Origin: a virus
Taxonomy: Duplodnaviria; Caudoviricetes
Direction: 5' to 3' (one strand)
Length of the DNA: 53,723 nt
Virus record (IMG/VR): IMGVR_UViG_3300000317_000004
Coordinates: 1-53,723 of that record
Shown here: positions 27,776 through 36,581 of the stretch, piece after piece
Numbering within the stretch: the stretch's first letter is position 1
Layout: each line of letters starts with the position of its first letter
Position numbers and translations under genes: made by a program
The notes under the pieces: model-generated
Database searches by the model: none
Told to the model about the DNA's origin: nothing
What the model saw: the letters and a program-made list of their open reading frames with translations, nothing else

Positions 27776-29479
27776 ATGGACATAAAAAAACTCATATCAG
27801 AACTTCCAGTAGACGATAAAAGAACATTGTCCGCCTTTGCTGCGGCACTGGCCGACGCTGGAGCGGATGAGTTCGTTACGGTTAAAGAACCGAATTTGCC
27901 CAACCTGTCTTCCGCAGCAGTCATTCTTGTGCCTAACGGGCAAGAAGGAGAAAAAGAGCCCCGCCCAGTTGCAAAACCTGCGCCTATTGCTGCAAAGACA
28001 TACGATTTCACCGGGAATATAGTTTTCTTTGGGTTTGGAGGAGTTGCGGAATGCACATTGCCTGTATTGTTAAGACATATAAACGTTGATCCCTCAAAAA
28101 TAACCATTGTAGATATGCTTGACAAGTCTGAAGTACTTAAAGACTGGGTGGAAAAAGGTATAGTTTTTGTTCAAACTCAAATTGTTGAAAAAAACCTTAA
28201 AGACATACTGAAAAAATACCTTAAAGAAGGTGATTTTTTAATTGATGTTTGCTACGACATTGCTTGTTCGGAACTTTTACAATATTGCAAAGACAATAAA
28301 ATTTTTTATATAAACACATCCGTAGAAGAGTGGAATTATATAGACGGTTTTGATAAAAGAACCCCATACGAAAAAAGCCTGTATTCTCGCCAACAAGAAA
28401 TTGACGCTTTAATACAATCATGGGATGAAAACGACGGTGTTACTGCGATTCTTGATATGGGAGCAAATCCCGGATTAATTTCTCATTTTATGAAACAAGG
28501 ACTTGTTGACCTTGCAAAATCTCAAAAGGTCGGGACTAAAACCACGAACCGAAACGATTATGCCACGCTTGCAAAAGATTTGGGAGTTAAGGTTGTTATT
28601 GACAGCGAAAGAGATACTCAAATACTTATACGGCCTAAAGAGGTCGGTGAATTTGTTAATACCTGGAGCGTACTTGGCCTTGTAGAGGAAGCTAAAAGCC
28701 CGGCAGAACTTGGATGGGGAACGCACGAAGACGAAATTCCTGAGCATGCAACTGTACCGAAAAAAGGGCCTAAAAATCAAATCTTTTTATCACAAATGGG
28801 TATGCATACGTTCATGCGGTCGTTTGTTCCTGCCGATCCAAAAATTCCGCTTAAAGATGGCGAAGTTTCTGTTGATGGCTATGAAATAGTTGGCTGTCTT
28901 ATACGTCACGGTGAAGCATACACTATAAGTAAATTTTTAACAACAGAAGACGGTTCTTATCGACCGACTGTTTATTATTGCTATTTACCAAGTGACGCAA
29001 CAGTGGCTTCATTGCGCGAGTTTGCAAGCCAAAACTATTGTAAAGATAATGATTATAAGCCGTTGCGACAAAGAATAATGTACGAAAACGACATACTGAG
29101 CGGTTCGGATACATTAGGGGCAATGTTGGGTGGATATGATGATACTCATGTCTGGTGGTGCGGAACTTCTTTAAATATTGAAGATGCGCGAGTTCTTGCC
29201 CCATTACAAAACGCAACAACAATACAGGTTGCGATAGGGCTAACGGCTGGGATATGTTGGGCGCTTGAAAATCCTCAGAGCGGAGTGGTTAGGCCGGAGG
29301 ATTTAGATACTGAATTCGTGTTAAATATTGCCAAACCATATTTAGGAACATTTATAAGTCAAGAATATGAATGGTCACCGATTAAAAATTATATAAACCA
29401 GTATTCGGAACGAACAGACAACAATATTGACGAAACAAATATATGGGGAATTCAAAATTTTTCCTTTAAAAACACTTAA
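27776..29479 (+). CDS. hss: Homospermidine synthase
   Basis: Rossmann GFGGVA, YINTSVEEW, LYSRQ, GANPGLISHF, SERDTQ, FVNTWS..GL.EE...PAELGWGTHE, IRHGEA, YRPTVYY.Y.P, NATTIQVA. Confidence 0.9.
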   Translation: MDIKKLISELPVDDKRTLSAFAAALADAGADEFVTVKEPNLPNLSSAAVILVPNGQEGEKEPRPVAKPAPIAAKTYDFTGNIVFFGFGGVAECTLPVLLRHINVDPSKITIVDMLDKSEVLKDWVEKGIVFVQTQIVEKNLKDILKKYLKEGDFLIDVCYDIACSELLQYCKDNKIFYINTSVEEWNYIDGFDKRTPYEKSLYSRQQEIDALIQSWDENDGVTAILDMGANPGLISHFMKQGLVDLAKSQKVGTKTTNRNDYATLAKDLGVKVVIDSERDTQILIRPKEVGEFVNTWSVLGLVEEAKSPAELGWGTHEDEIPEHATVPKKGPKNQIFLSQMGMHTFMRSFVPADPKIPLKDGEVSVDGYEIVGCLIRHGEAYTISKFLTTEDGSYRPTVYYCYLPSDATVASLREFASQNYCKDNDYKPLRQRIMYENDILSGSDTLGAMLGGYDDTHVWWCGTSLNIEDARVLAPLQNATTIQVAIGLTAGICWALENPQSGVVRPEDLDTEFVLNIAKPYLGTFISQEYEWSPIKNYINQYSERTDNNIDETNIWGIQNFSFKNT

Positions 29480-29493
29480 CAAGGAATAGTAAT

Positions 29494-29868
29494 ATGCCTT
29501 TGTGGAAAAGTTCTCAAGACGCTTTAAATATGATATGCGCACCAAGCGCAAGCGTTACTGGTGTTGAAATAACAGCCGGACTTGGAGCAAATCATAGTTG
29601 GGTACCTGTTCATAATGGCAATACTGTTTTGCGTTGCAAGGGCGCGTCGTTGTTATCAACAGGATCTGCTGGGCTTTTAGCCGTACATCTTTGCGACGAC
29701 GCTGTTGGAATATGGTATTTAGCTGATCTTAAAGTTGGTGGACAATGGTTAGGAGATTTTGATTTAGTTGGCGACTCGACACATGGAACAACCGTCGCTC
29801 TTGACGCAAAATTATATATATATCCAGCGCTAAACGCAGTTGTATCAAATACAGAAAAGTCGGTATAA
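29494..29868 (+). CDS. Hypothetical virion-module protein
   Basis: AAGGA RBS; position in head module. Confidence 0.65.
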   Translation: MPLWKSSQDALNMICAPSASVTGVEITAGLGANHSWVPVHNGNTVLRCKGASLLSTGSAGLLAVHLCDDAVGIWYLADLKVGGQWLGDFDLVGDSTHGTTVALDAKLYIYPALNAVVSNTEKSV

Positions 29869-29899
29869 AGAATTTTACAAAATAAACTTTGGAGGTTTT

Positions 29900-30589
29900 A
29901 TGATAATAGCAAAAGGAAGTTCGTTCGACGGAAACAGTGACGGTACAAGCGATTTGTTTGCTGATGTTGCCCATAACATTTGCACGGAATACGCGGCAAG
30001 CGGTGCTATAGCCGAAAAAAATGCTCTCGTTATTCTTACGGCATCGAGCGCCCTTGCGATGACATTGGCTTTACCAACCGCAGGCGCTCCAGGTACAGGC
30101 GATGACGGGAAAAAGTTACGGATACTATCCAAAACTGCGTATGCACATACAATCACATGCACAAGCGGATATAATGGCGGGGGAACGTCGCTCATAACCT
30201 TTGCCGCCGCTGCTGGAAGTTCTGTTACGCTAACTGCATACAATGGTTACTGGTGGATAGGCGACGCGTCAATAACTGCTGCATTTGCAAGCGCCCCAAG
30301 CGCGGCATATACAACCGCAACGGCAATTACTCAAAAAACTGGACAGGTTATGCTTACGGGAACCGCAGCGCGCGCGATGACACTTGCCCTGCCAACTGCC
30401 GGAACAGATGACGGCAAAGAACTGGTGGTTATGGCTGGAACTGCCTTTGCACATACACTTACTGTTGCCGCTGCCTTTCGTGGAACGCTTACCGTTGCGA
30501 CATTTGCAGCCGTAAGCGACAATGTTGTTTTGCGCGCATACAATGGCGCATGGTATTTACAAAGCTATCTCGGTGTAACGTTGTCGTAA
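29900..30589 (+). CDS. Putative capsid decoration protein with two tandem beta domains
   Basis: Repeat AMTLALPTAG..DDGK.L......AHT.T...TFAA....V.L.AYNG.W. Confidence 0.6.
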   Translation: MIIAKGSSFDGNSDGTSDLFADVAHNICTEYAASGAIAEKNALVILTASSALAMTLALPTAGAPGTGDDGKKLRILSKTAYAHTITCTSGYNGGGTSLITFAAAAGSSVTLTAYNGYWWIGDASITAAFASAPSAAYTTATAITQKTGQVMLTGTAARAMTLALPTAGTDDGKELVVMAGTAFAHTLTVAAAFRGTLTVATFAAVSDNVVLRAYNGAWYLQSYLGVTLS

Positions 30590-30608
30590 AAAGTAAATTA
30601 AAGGAGAC

Positions 30609-30649
30609 AAGGTTTCTTTAGGTATCTTAATAGGTTTCAAACAAAAAAA
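30609..30649 (+). promoter_or_regulatory. Triple AGGTNTC motif upstream of scaffold gene
   Basis: Same motif set at 31309-31360. Confidence 0.55.
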
Positions 30650-30658
30650 GGAGTCATT

Positions 30659-31294
30659 ATGAGCAGTTACAAGACGGTTGAAGAGGCGGAAACAAGAATT
30701 GCCGAACTGGAAGAAATTGAAAGGAATTTGACGCGCGAAAGCATCAATCATAAAAAGGGTTACAAGCAATTGAAAGATTTTATCGAAGGCAAGGGGCTTG
30801 ATGTAACCAAAGATCTTGAAGAGCAGTGGGAAGGAACTATAGGCAAGACAAAAACAGAAGCAGAAAAGAATTCAAAACAAACTGAAAAAATGCAAGCTCA
30901 AATCAACGACCTTATGGGCAAACTTGAAAAAAGCGAATCGGAAAAAACAGAATCTAAAATCAGAGCGGAGTTGACTGGAAAATTTTCCGATGTAATAGGC
31001 GGCGAAGACATTGTTGATAATTGGATACTTAAAAAGCTGGTAAAAATTGAAGATGGAAAAATCTACAAAGTTGAAGATGGAAAAGATGTTCCAATTGAAA
31101 CGTCCATAGGCGCCTATAAAAAAAATAATCCGCAAAGGATTATAGTGAATCAATCAAATGGTGGAGGAAGCCATTCGGTAACAGAAAAAGATGCTCAAAA
31201 AACCGAAAAGATGAATATGAAGGATTTTAGGAAACTCACAGAGACAGCAAAAAAGGATTATCTCGACAAGGGAAATGAAATTATTCCAGACTAA
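30659..31294 (+). CDS. Capsid scaffolding protein
   Basis: Charged coiled coil, P......GGGS tail, precedes MCP. Confidence 0.8.
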   Translation: MSSYKTVEEAETRIAELEEIERNLTRESINHKKGYKQLKDFIEGKGLDVTKDLEEQWEGTIGKTKTEAEKNSKQTEKMQAQINDLMGKLEKSESEKTESKIRAELTGKFSDVIGGEDIVDNWILKKLVKIEDGKIYKVEDGKDVPIETSIGAYKKNNPQRIIVNQSNGGGSHSVTEKDAQKTEKMNMKDFRKLTETAKKDYLDKGNEIIPD

Positions 31295-31308
31295 AGTCTG
31301 GTTATTAT

Positions 31309-31360
31309 AAGGTTTCTTTAAGGTGTCAAGAGCTTTTGCTCAAGGTTTCAAACAAAAAAA
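31309..31360 (+). promoter_or_regulatory. Triple AGGTNTC motif upstream of capsid gene
   Basis: AAGGTTTC-TTTA-AGGTGTC..AAGGTTTCAAACAAAAAAA. Confidence 0.55.
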
Positions 31361-31391
31361 TTAAATTAAAAATTTTAACAAAGGATAAAGT

Positions 31392-32603
31392 ATGTCTTTT
31401 TCAGCAACAACCTTGACCGCCTTACAGCGCGCTCAGGTAAGCGCAAATATTGAAGTCGCCGCAGAGCCTTGTGGAGCCCTTGATAGCGTCAATCTTAAGT
31501 TTGATGACAAGGGCGCGGCGCTGGGCCAGATAATTGTCGTTCCAGTCGTTGTTCCGTCCGCATCAGGTACGGCAACTCCGTCCAATGTTCCCCCTACCGG
31601 AGATACGCAGACACCGGTTAATGCACAGATCAAAATTACCAACACTCCTCAACAATCTCTTACGTTTACTGGCGAAGATTTACAGATGCTTGACACTGTT
31701 GAAAGTCGTGATGAAATTTTGAAGCAGTGGCTTGCGCAGGCAGAACGCACACACCGCAACGAAATGTCAGCCGCCGCCGCCGCCGCTCTTGTTCAGGGCG
31801 GTTCGAGGGCTGTTGGAACACCCGGATCAACTCCGTTTCAAGTTGATCTCGCCGGACTTACACAGGCCAGAAAAATTCTGCGCAATAACGGCGCGCCTAT
31901 GAGCGACATTCAGGTCGTGACTTCAGTTGATGCTTATACAAATCTTCTGAACCAGAACGTGATTCAGAAGGCAAACGAAGCCGGATCGGATGCAGAGCGC
32001 CGGTCGGGAACTATTCGTTCGCAGTTTGGGTTTAGCAATATACGCGAAGATGCAAATATTGCAGATCATACGGCAGGAGCAGGTACAGGTTACGTTCTTG
32101 ATGGCAATCACGTAAAGGGTGCGACGGCAATAAAACTCAAAAGCGGAACGGTTAACACAACCGGTGTTCAGCTTGGGGACATTATAACAATTGCCGGGGA
32201 CACTGTAAATCAGTATTGCGTCGGCATTGCTCCTGGAACAAGTACGACAGAAGTTACTCAAGCCGCTCTTCTGGCAACATCGGGAACTGTATATATTGGA
32301 AATCCTGGCTTAAGAAAAGCCCTATCCGACGGTGCCGCAGTTACGATTAAGCCTGCAAGCGCAGGCGTATATTCGCCGTCATTTGTTTTTGAGCGCCATT
32401 GCGCAGTGGGAATAATTCGCCCGCCCATTATGCCAACTCCAAACCAATTTTATTCGCAGCTCTCTACTGTAACTGATAAATTTGGATATACTTATCTGTT
32501 CGGAGAAGCGAATCAGCAGTTTCAGGTTTCGTGGTTTCTTTGGGTTGCTTATGGTTTTGCGGTAACCCAGCGCGAGTATGTTGTTCCGATTATCGGTAAC
32601 TAA
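31392..32603 (+). CDS. Major capsid protein (P22 coat-like)
   Basis: GT.G.TPF...L....ARKIL..NGAP; GDIITIAGD...Y insertion domain; position. Confidence 0.85.
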   Translation: MSFSATTLTALQRAQVSANIEVAAEPCGALDSVNLKFDDKGAALGQIIVVPVVVPSASGTATPSNVPPTGDTQTPVNAQIKITNTPQQSLTFTGEDLQMLDTVESRDEILKQWLAQAERTHRNEMSAAAAAALVQGGSRAVGTPGSTPFQVDLAGLTQARKILRNNGAPMSDIQVVTSVDAYTNLLNQNVIQKANEAGSDAERRSGTIRSQFGFSNIREDANIADHTAGAGTGYVLDGNHVKGATAIKLKSGTVNTTGVQLGDIITIAGDTVNQYCVGIAPGTSTTEVTQAALLATSGTVYIGNPGLRKALSDGAAVTIKPASAGVYSPSFVFERHCAVGIIRPPIMPTPNQFYSQLSTVTDKFGYTYLFGEANQQFQVSWFLWVAYGFAVTQREYVVPIIGN

Positions 32604-32607
32604 AAAT

Positions 32608-32631
32608 AAGCGGGGTTAACTCCCCGCTTTA
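32608..32631 (+). terminator. Intrinsic terminator after MCP
   Basis: AAGCGGGG-TTAACT-CCCCGCTTT. Confidence 0.75.
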
Positions 32632-32688
32632 TTATTAACATTGTTTAAAAAGGGCAGGGCAGTATCTGCCCTTTATCAAAAGACATAT

Positions 32689-33141
32689 ATGACACAAAGT
32701 AGATTTTTACCATTAACAAGCACAACAAATACCACAGGCTACGGTTTTTTGTCAACTTCAGATATTACAGATTCATTAGCGTCCGACTTTGTAACCGCTG
32801 GAGACTTAAGAGTACAATCATGGCTTGATCTTGTTGACGGCGAACTCCTTTCGATAGCACAAGAACAAGAAGTTCCTTTGCAAAGTATATGCATGCCGCT
32901 CCATAAAAAAATATTAGAATATTGCAAGAGTTACTTTTGTTTTGTTTGCTTTCAAGACGCATTGGGAAGAAATGACATGGTTCAAACTTCTTATGAAACT
33001 ATTAAAATTAAACTTGACTGGTATGCCTTGCGCTGTGAAAAGCTGCGGCTGCAACTTACAAAACAAATGTTTTTATATACAAATCTTTCGCTTCAAGCAA
33101 GTCAAAGAGCCAGGGGAACTATTAGTATTTTAAGAGGATAA
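32689..33141 (+). CDS. Putative head-tail adaptor
   Basis: Position after MCP; helical; ends ISILRG. Confidence 0.6.
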   Translation: MTQSRFLPLTSTTNTTGYGFLSTSDITDSLASDFVTAGDLRVQSWLDLVDGELLSIAQEQEVPLQSICMPLHKKILEYCKSYFCFVCFQDALGRNDMVQTSYETIKIKLDWYALRCEKLRLQLTKQMFLYTNLSLQASQRARGTISILRG

Positions 33142-33143
33142 AG

Positions 33144-33647
33144 ATGGGTGTAACTATTGATATTGACATATCGGATTTTGAAAGGGCAATGGAAAAAATG
33201 CCGGAAATGGCAAACAGAGAAGCTCGAATTGCGCTTAAAGAATCGGCTAAAATAGTTATTAATCAGGCGCGACAAGAATTTGAAGAACATTTTAATGGTG
33301 AAACCGGAAAAGGTGAACAGGCTATTCAGGTAAACCCTGAAAAAACAACAGAGGACAGTATTTCAATAGGGTTAAATTTAACAATAGCTCCCTACGATGA
33401 ATATTTACATGAAGGGACGAAAGACCACATGGTTCCCAAAGAGCCTGAGGCGCATTGGAAATCCCAATCTAAGCCCAGGGCCTTACATTGGGTTAAGGGT
33501 GGACAAAGCTTTTTCAGTAAAGGCCACATGGTAACAGGAATAAAAAAATTTCAGTTTTTGTATATTGCTAAGGAAAAGTCTAAGGAAAAAATAGTTGAAT
33601 GTGTAAATAGCCATGTACAAAAGGCTTTAAAACTGGCAGGATTGTAA
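33144..33647 (+). CDS. HK97 gp10-like neck/tail completion protein
   Basis: TG....I, APY..YLHEGT..H, ALHW, FL..A. Confidence 0.75.
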   Translation: MGVTIDIDISDFERAMEKMPEMANREARIALKESAKIVINQARQEFEEHFNGETGKGEQAIQVNPEKTTEDSISIGLNLTIAPYDEYLHEGTKDHMVPKEPEAHWKSQSKPRALHWVKGGQSFFSKGHMVTGIKKFQFLYIAKEKSKEKIVECVNSHVQKALKLAGL

Positions 33648-34135
33648 TGACGACTCCATGGAGAACACAGACTAGAAAAAACATGGCGTTGCTTATAGGA
33701 GCAATGACTATTGAAGATGGATATAATTTTGATTGGGGCGCTATAAACAATAGAAACTATGCAATCGGTAATTTTCCACGCGCAGAAATTTATTGCAGCG
33801 AAGAAAATTTCGACGAAGAAGCTGGACGTGGATGTCAAGATTATACAAATAAGACAATGTTTGTTATTAAAGTAGCGGGAAAGTTAACAACGTCAAGTGC
33901 TAATCCACTATTTGAAATAGATGATGTTTTCGATTTGGCGGTGGATGACCTGATAAAGCTTTTTGGCAATAATAATAGTGTCAATGACACTTGTGATTTT
34001 ATACAATACAAGGGATTTACACGTTCTGAAAAATCGGGATCAGGAGATCAGTTTATTCCGTCTAAAATGGATGTAAAATTTGTTGCGACATACGCAATTG
34101 ATAGACTTGATCCCACATTATATTCTTCAGCATAA
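33647..34135 (+). CDS. Putative tail terminator protein
   Basis: T...GYNFD.G, position before tail tube. Confidence 0.6.
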   Translation: MTTPWRTQTRKNMALLIGAMTIEDGYNFDWGAINNRNYAIGNFPRAEIYCSEENFDEEAGRGCQDYTNKTMFVIKVAGKLTTSSANPLFEIDDVFDLAVDDLIKLFGNNNSVNDTCDFIQYKGFTRSEKSGSGDQFIPSKMDVKFVATYAIDRLDPTLYSSA

Positions 34136-34171
34136 ATTAACCCCGGCTATTTGCCGGAAGGAGTTTTTATC

Positions 34172-35680
34172 ATGCCTTATATGTCAATTAAAACCTATTT
34201 AGTAGGTAAAGTGGAAGAACACCTAATTCCGTCAGTGTCTTCCGGGGTTACGAGTATTCCGCTTGGCACTGGAACTGTTGATCCAACATCAACATGGGCA
34301 ACTGAATTGCCAAGGGATTTTGTGATTCAGGACGGAACCAATTCGGAGCGCGTAACGGTAACGGACATTACGGGTTCAAGCGGATCTTATGCGGCAACAA
34401 TATCGACAGCATCGACTCATGCGTATTCAGCGCCGAGAGCATCAATTCTTACTCCAGGGTATGCTGATGATTTTGTAAGCGCTGATTTTAATTGCCGCTT
34501 GCGAGGTGTAAAAGCCACTCCCAAAATTACCCCAGATGGAGAATCTGAAAAATATGCAACCGGCGACCATCGGCGTGACCAGTCGATTATGGGAGCCATG
34601 CTTGGCGATATGGAATTTACTGAAAAATTTGCCATAAATCTTTCTCAAGGGACTGGCGCAGAGTGTGATATAACGGCGGGAAGTGGGGCTATTACCGCAG
34701 TTGCATCAACCCCTACCAGTGGACATGCCGGAACCGGATATCGCGTGGGCGACTGGTTGATTCCGTACGGTGGAACTCTGGGTATTGTCGAGGTTGCGTC
34801 CGTTACTACCAACGGAGCTATCGCAACATTTAATACCACGCCTATCGCGGGAGGGTCGGGATATACAACCGGAACTGGAGCAACATTGACGGCAACTTAT
34901 GGCATACCTAAAAACGATAAATTTTTAAGGGCAATGGGACACAAGACAGTCGTTTATCCAGGCAAAGGCATAGGCTATCAGCCGCTTGCTGAAGCCGATG
35001 ATGTTACGTTGCAGCTTGGCCTTATTTTCGTTGGCAGTGGGGCAAAACCGAAGGCGCGTATGCTTAAATTTTCAGGATGCTCAGGGGACGGAAGCATTGG
35101 TGCGGACGGTGTAGGGAAACCTTATGTTTTGACTGGAAAATTTCAGGGAAAATTTGTGTCTGACGCTGATGTAACTTACGCAAACACACTTGTTCTTACC
35201 GCACCTGAATCAAGATTGCCAGAAAAGTATTTGTCGAATACGGTTCAGGCAACGGACATGCTTTCAGATACATCAATACAATTCCATTCGTCAAAATGGA
35301 ATCTTGCTTTCGGCAATAAAATCGGTTCTGTTGAAAACCAAGCAGACCCAACTGGATACGACTATTTTTACATTACGGAACGAGATCCTAAATTAACTAT
35401 TGATCCTCTTTTGAAGCAGGTTGCTAATGAGGATGTGACAAGTATTGTAAAGTCTGAAACTTTAAGAGAAATACTTGTCGCATCTGCGTTGTTTTCGCCT
35501 CATGTAACCGTAGAGGCGGTCAATTGTCAATTAATGTACCCATCTTTTGATGACAGGGGCGGATCCGTTGCGACCGGAAGAACATACCGGCTGTTGGGTA
35601 ATAATATAGACGGAGTAGCTGTTCAGCCTCTTATACCGGACGAAGCAGCTTATGAAATTCTTTTGGGAGCAAGATCGTAA
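34172..35680 (+). CDS. Major tail tube protein with inserted domains
   Basis: Position; ITERDPKLTIDP; Gly/Thr-rich GTGY..GD inserts. Confidence 0.7.
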   Translation: MPYMSIKTYLVGKVEEHLIPSVSSGVTSIPLGTGTVDPTSTWATELPRDFVIQDGTNSERVTVTDITGSSGSYAATISTASTHAYSAPRASILTPGYADDFVSADFNCRLRGVKATPKITPDGESEKYATGDHRRDQSIMGAMLGDMEFTEKFAINLSQGTGAECDITAGSGAITAVASTPTSGHAGTGYRVGDWLIPYGGTLGIVEVASVTTNGAIATFNTTPIAGGSGYTTGTGATLTATYGIPKNDKFLRAMGHKTVVYPGKGIGYQPLAEADDVTLQLGLIFVGSGAKPKARMLKFSGCSGDGSIGADGVGKPYVLTGKFQGKFVSDADVTYANTLVLTAPESRLPEKYLSNTVQATDMLSDTSIQFHSSKWNLAFGNKIGSVENQADPTGYDYFYITERDPKLTIDPLLKQVANEDVTSIVKSETLREILVASALFSPHVTVEAVNCQLMYPSFDDRGGSVATGRTYRLLGNNIDGVAVQPLIPDEAAYEILLGARS

Positions 35681-35710
35681 TTTTTACATTTTTAAAAAGG
35701 AGACAATATC

Positions 35711-36202
35711 ATGACAAATCGAATTGAACTTACCGACGAAATGAGAGTCAAGCTTGCTGGGCATCTTCCATTTTCGCTTGAAGCGACAATAAAATATCCC
35801 CCGTCAGAATACATAGACAAATACGAAAAAGATGGTAAAAAAGTTTATGTTGTTGACGAATCTTTGCACAATTTTTTCCCTGTATTTGAACTGCGTGGGT
35901 TTACTGAAGCAGAAAAAATCAAGTCGGAAAGTATTACCAAAGAAATGAGAGCCGACAAAGAAAACTTAAAGCTTGACGAACAAATAAAAGAGATTAAAGA
36001 ACTTGTCAGGCTTGCAGTAAAGGGGTGGACGCACTTTATCGACATAGGAACAAAAAAAGAAATAATTTATGAGACTGATGCAGTAAGTGGATGTAAAAAA
36101 GAAGTATTTGAAAAAGTTCCTATGGGAATGATATGGAAACTTTACTATTACGTCCAGCAGCTTTCTTGCATTACTTCGGGAGAAAAAATTTCTTTAGCGT
36201 AG
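35711..36202 (+). CDS. Tail assembly chaperone (gpG-like)
   Basis: Between tube and tape measure; VKGW..F.D motif. Confidence 0.7.
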   Translation: MTNRIELTDEMRVKLAGHLPFSLEATIKYPPSEYIDKYEKDGKKVYVVDESLHNFFPVFELRGFTEAEKIKSESITKEMRADKENLKLDEQIKEIKELVRLAVKGWTHFIDIGTKKEIIYETDAVSGCKKEVFEKVPMGMIWKLYYYVQQLSCITSGEKISLA

Positions 36203-36579
36203 CCGCCAGCATTCGGGCGGAAATAGGTGATTATAATTGTAGCGAGTGCGACGAAAGCATGAAAGAGGAATGGGGATGTAATAAACCTACAGAAAATCCG
36301 GTATGGGTTGATGATGAAGATGAATACTTTACATGCCCATTCAAATTTTACATTAACTGTCCTTCGGCGAGAGATTTCTTAAAAAGATACGATGATCTAA
36401 AGGATGGAATTGTGGCTCCCTTACCTTACGATAAAACACTGGCAAAATTTCTTGAAGCCGTTTCTTTTTTTAACGGTGAATATTGTAGATTTTTGAAAGA
36501 TAAACAACCCGCGTCAAATACGGCCAGCCTTGAAGCCTTCATGAACAAAGACAAACCCAGCGACCAGGAAAAGGACTAA
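36183..36579 (+). CDS. Tail chaperone extension (gpT-like), probably via -1 frameshift
   Basis: Open -1 frame overlapping the gpG end; C..C...GC...TCP; G..AP motif. Confidence 0.55.
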
Positions 36580-36581
36580 TT

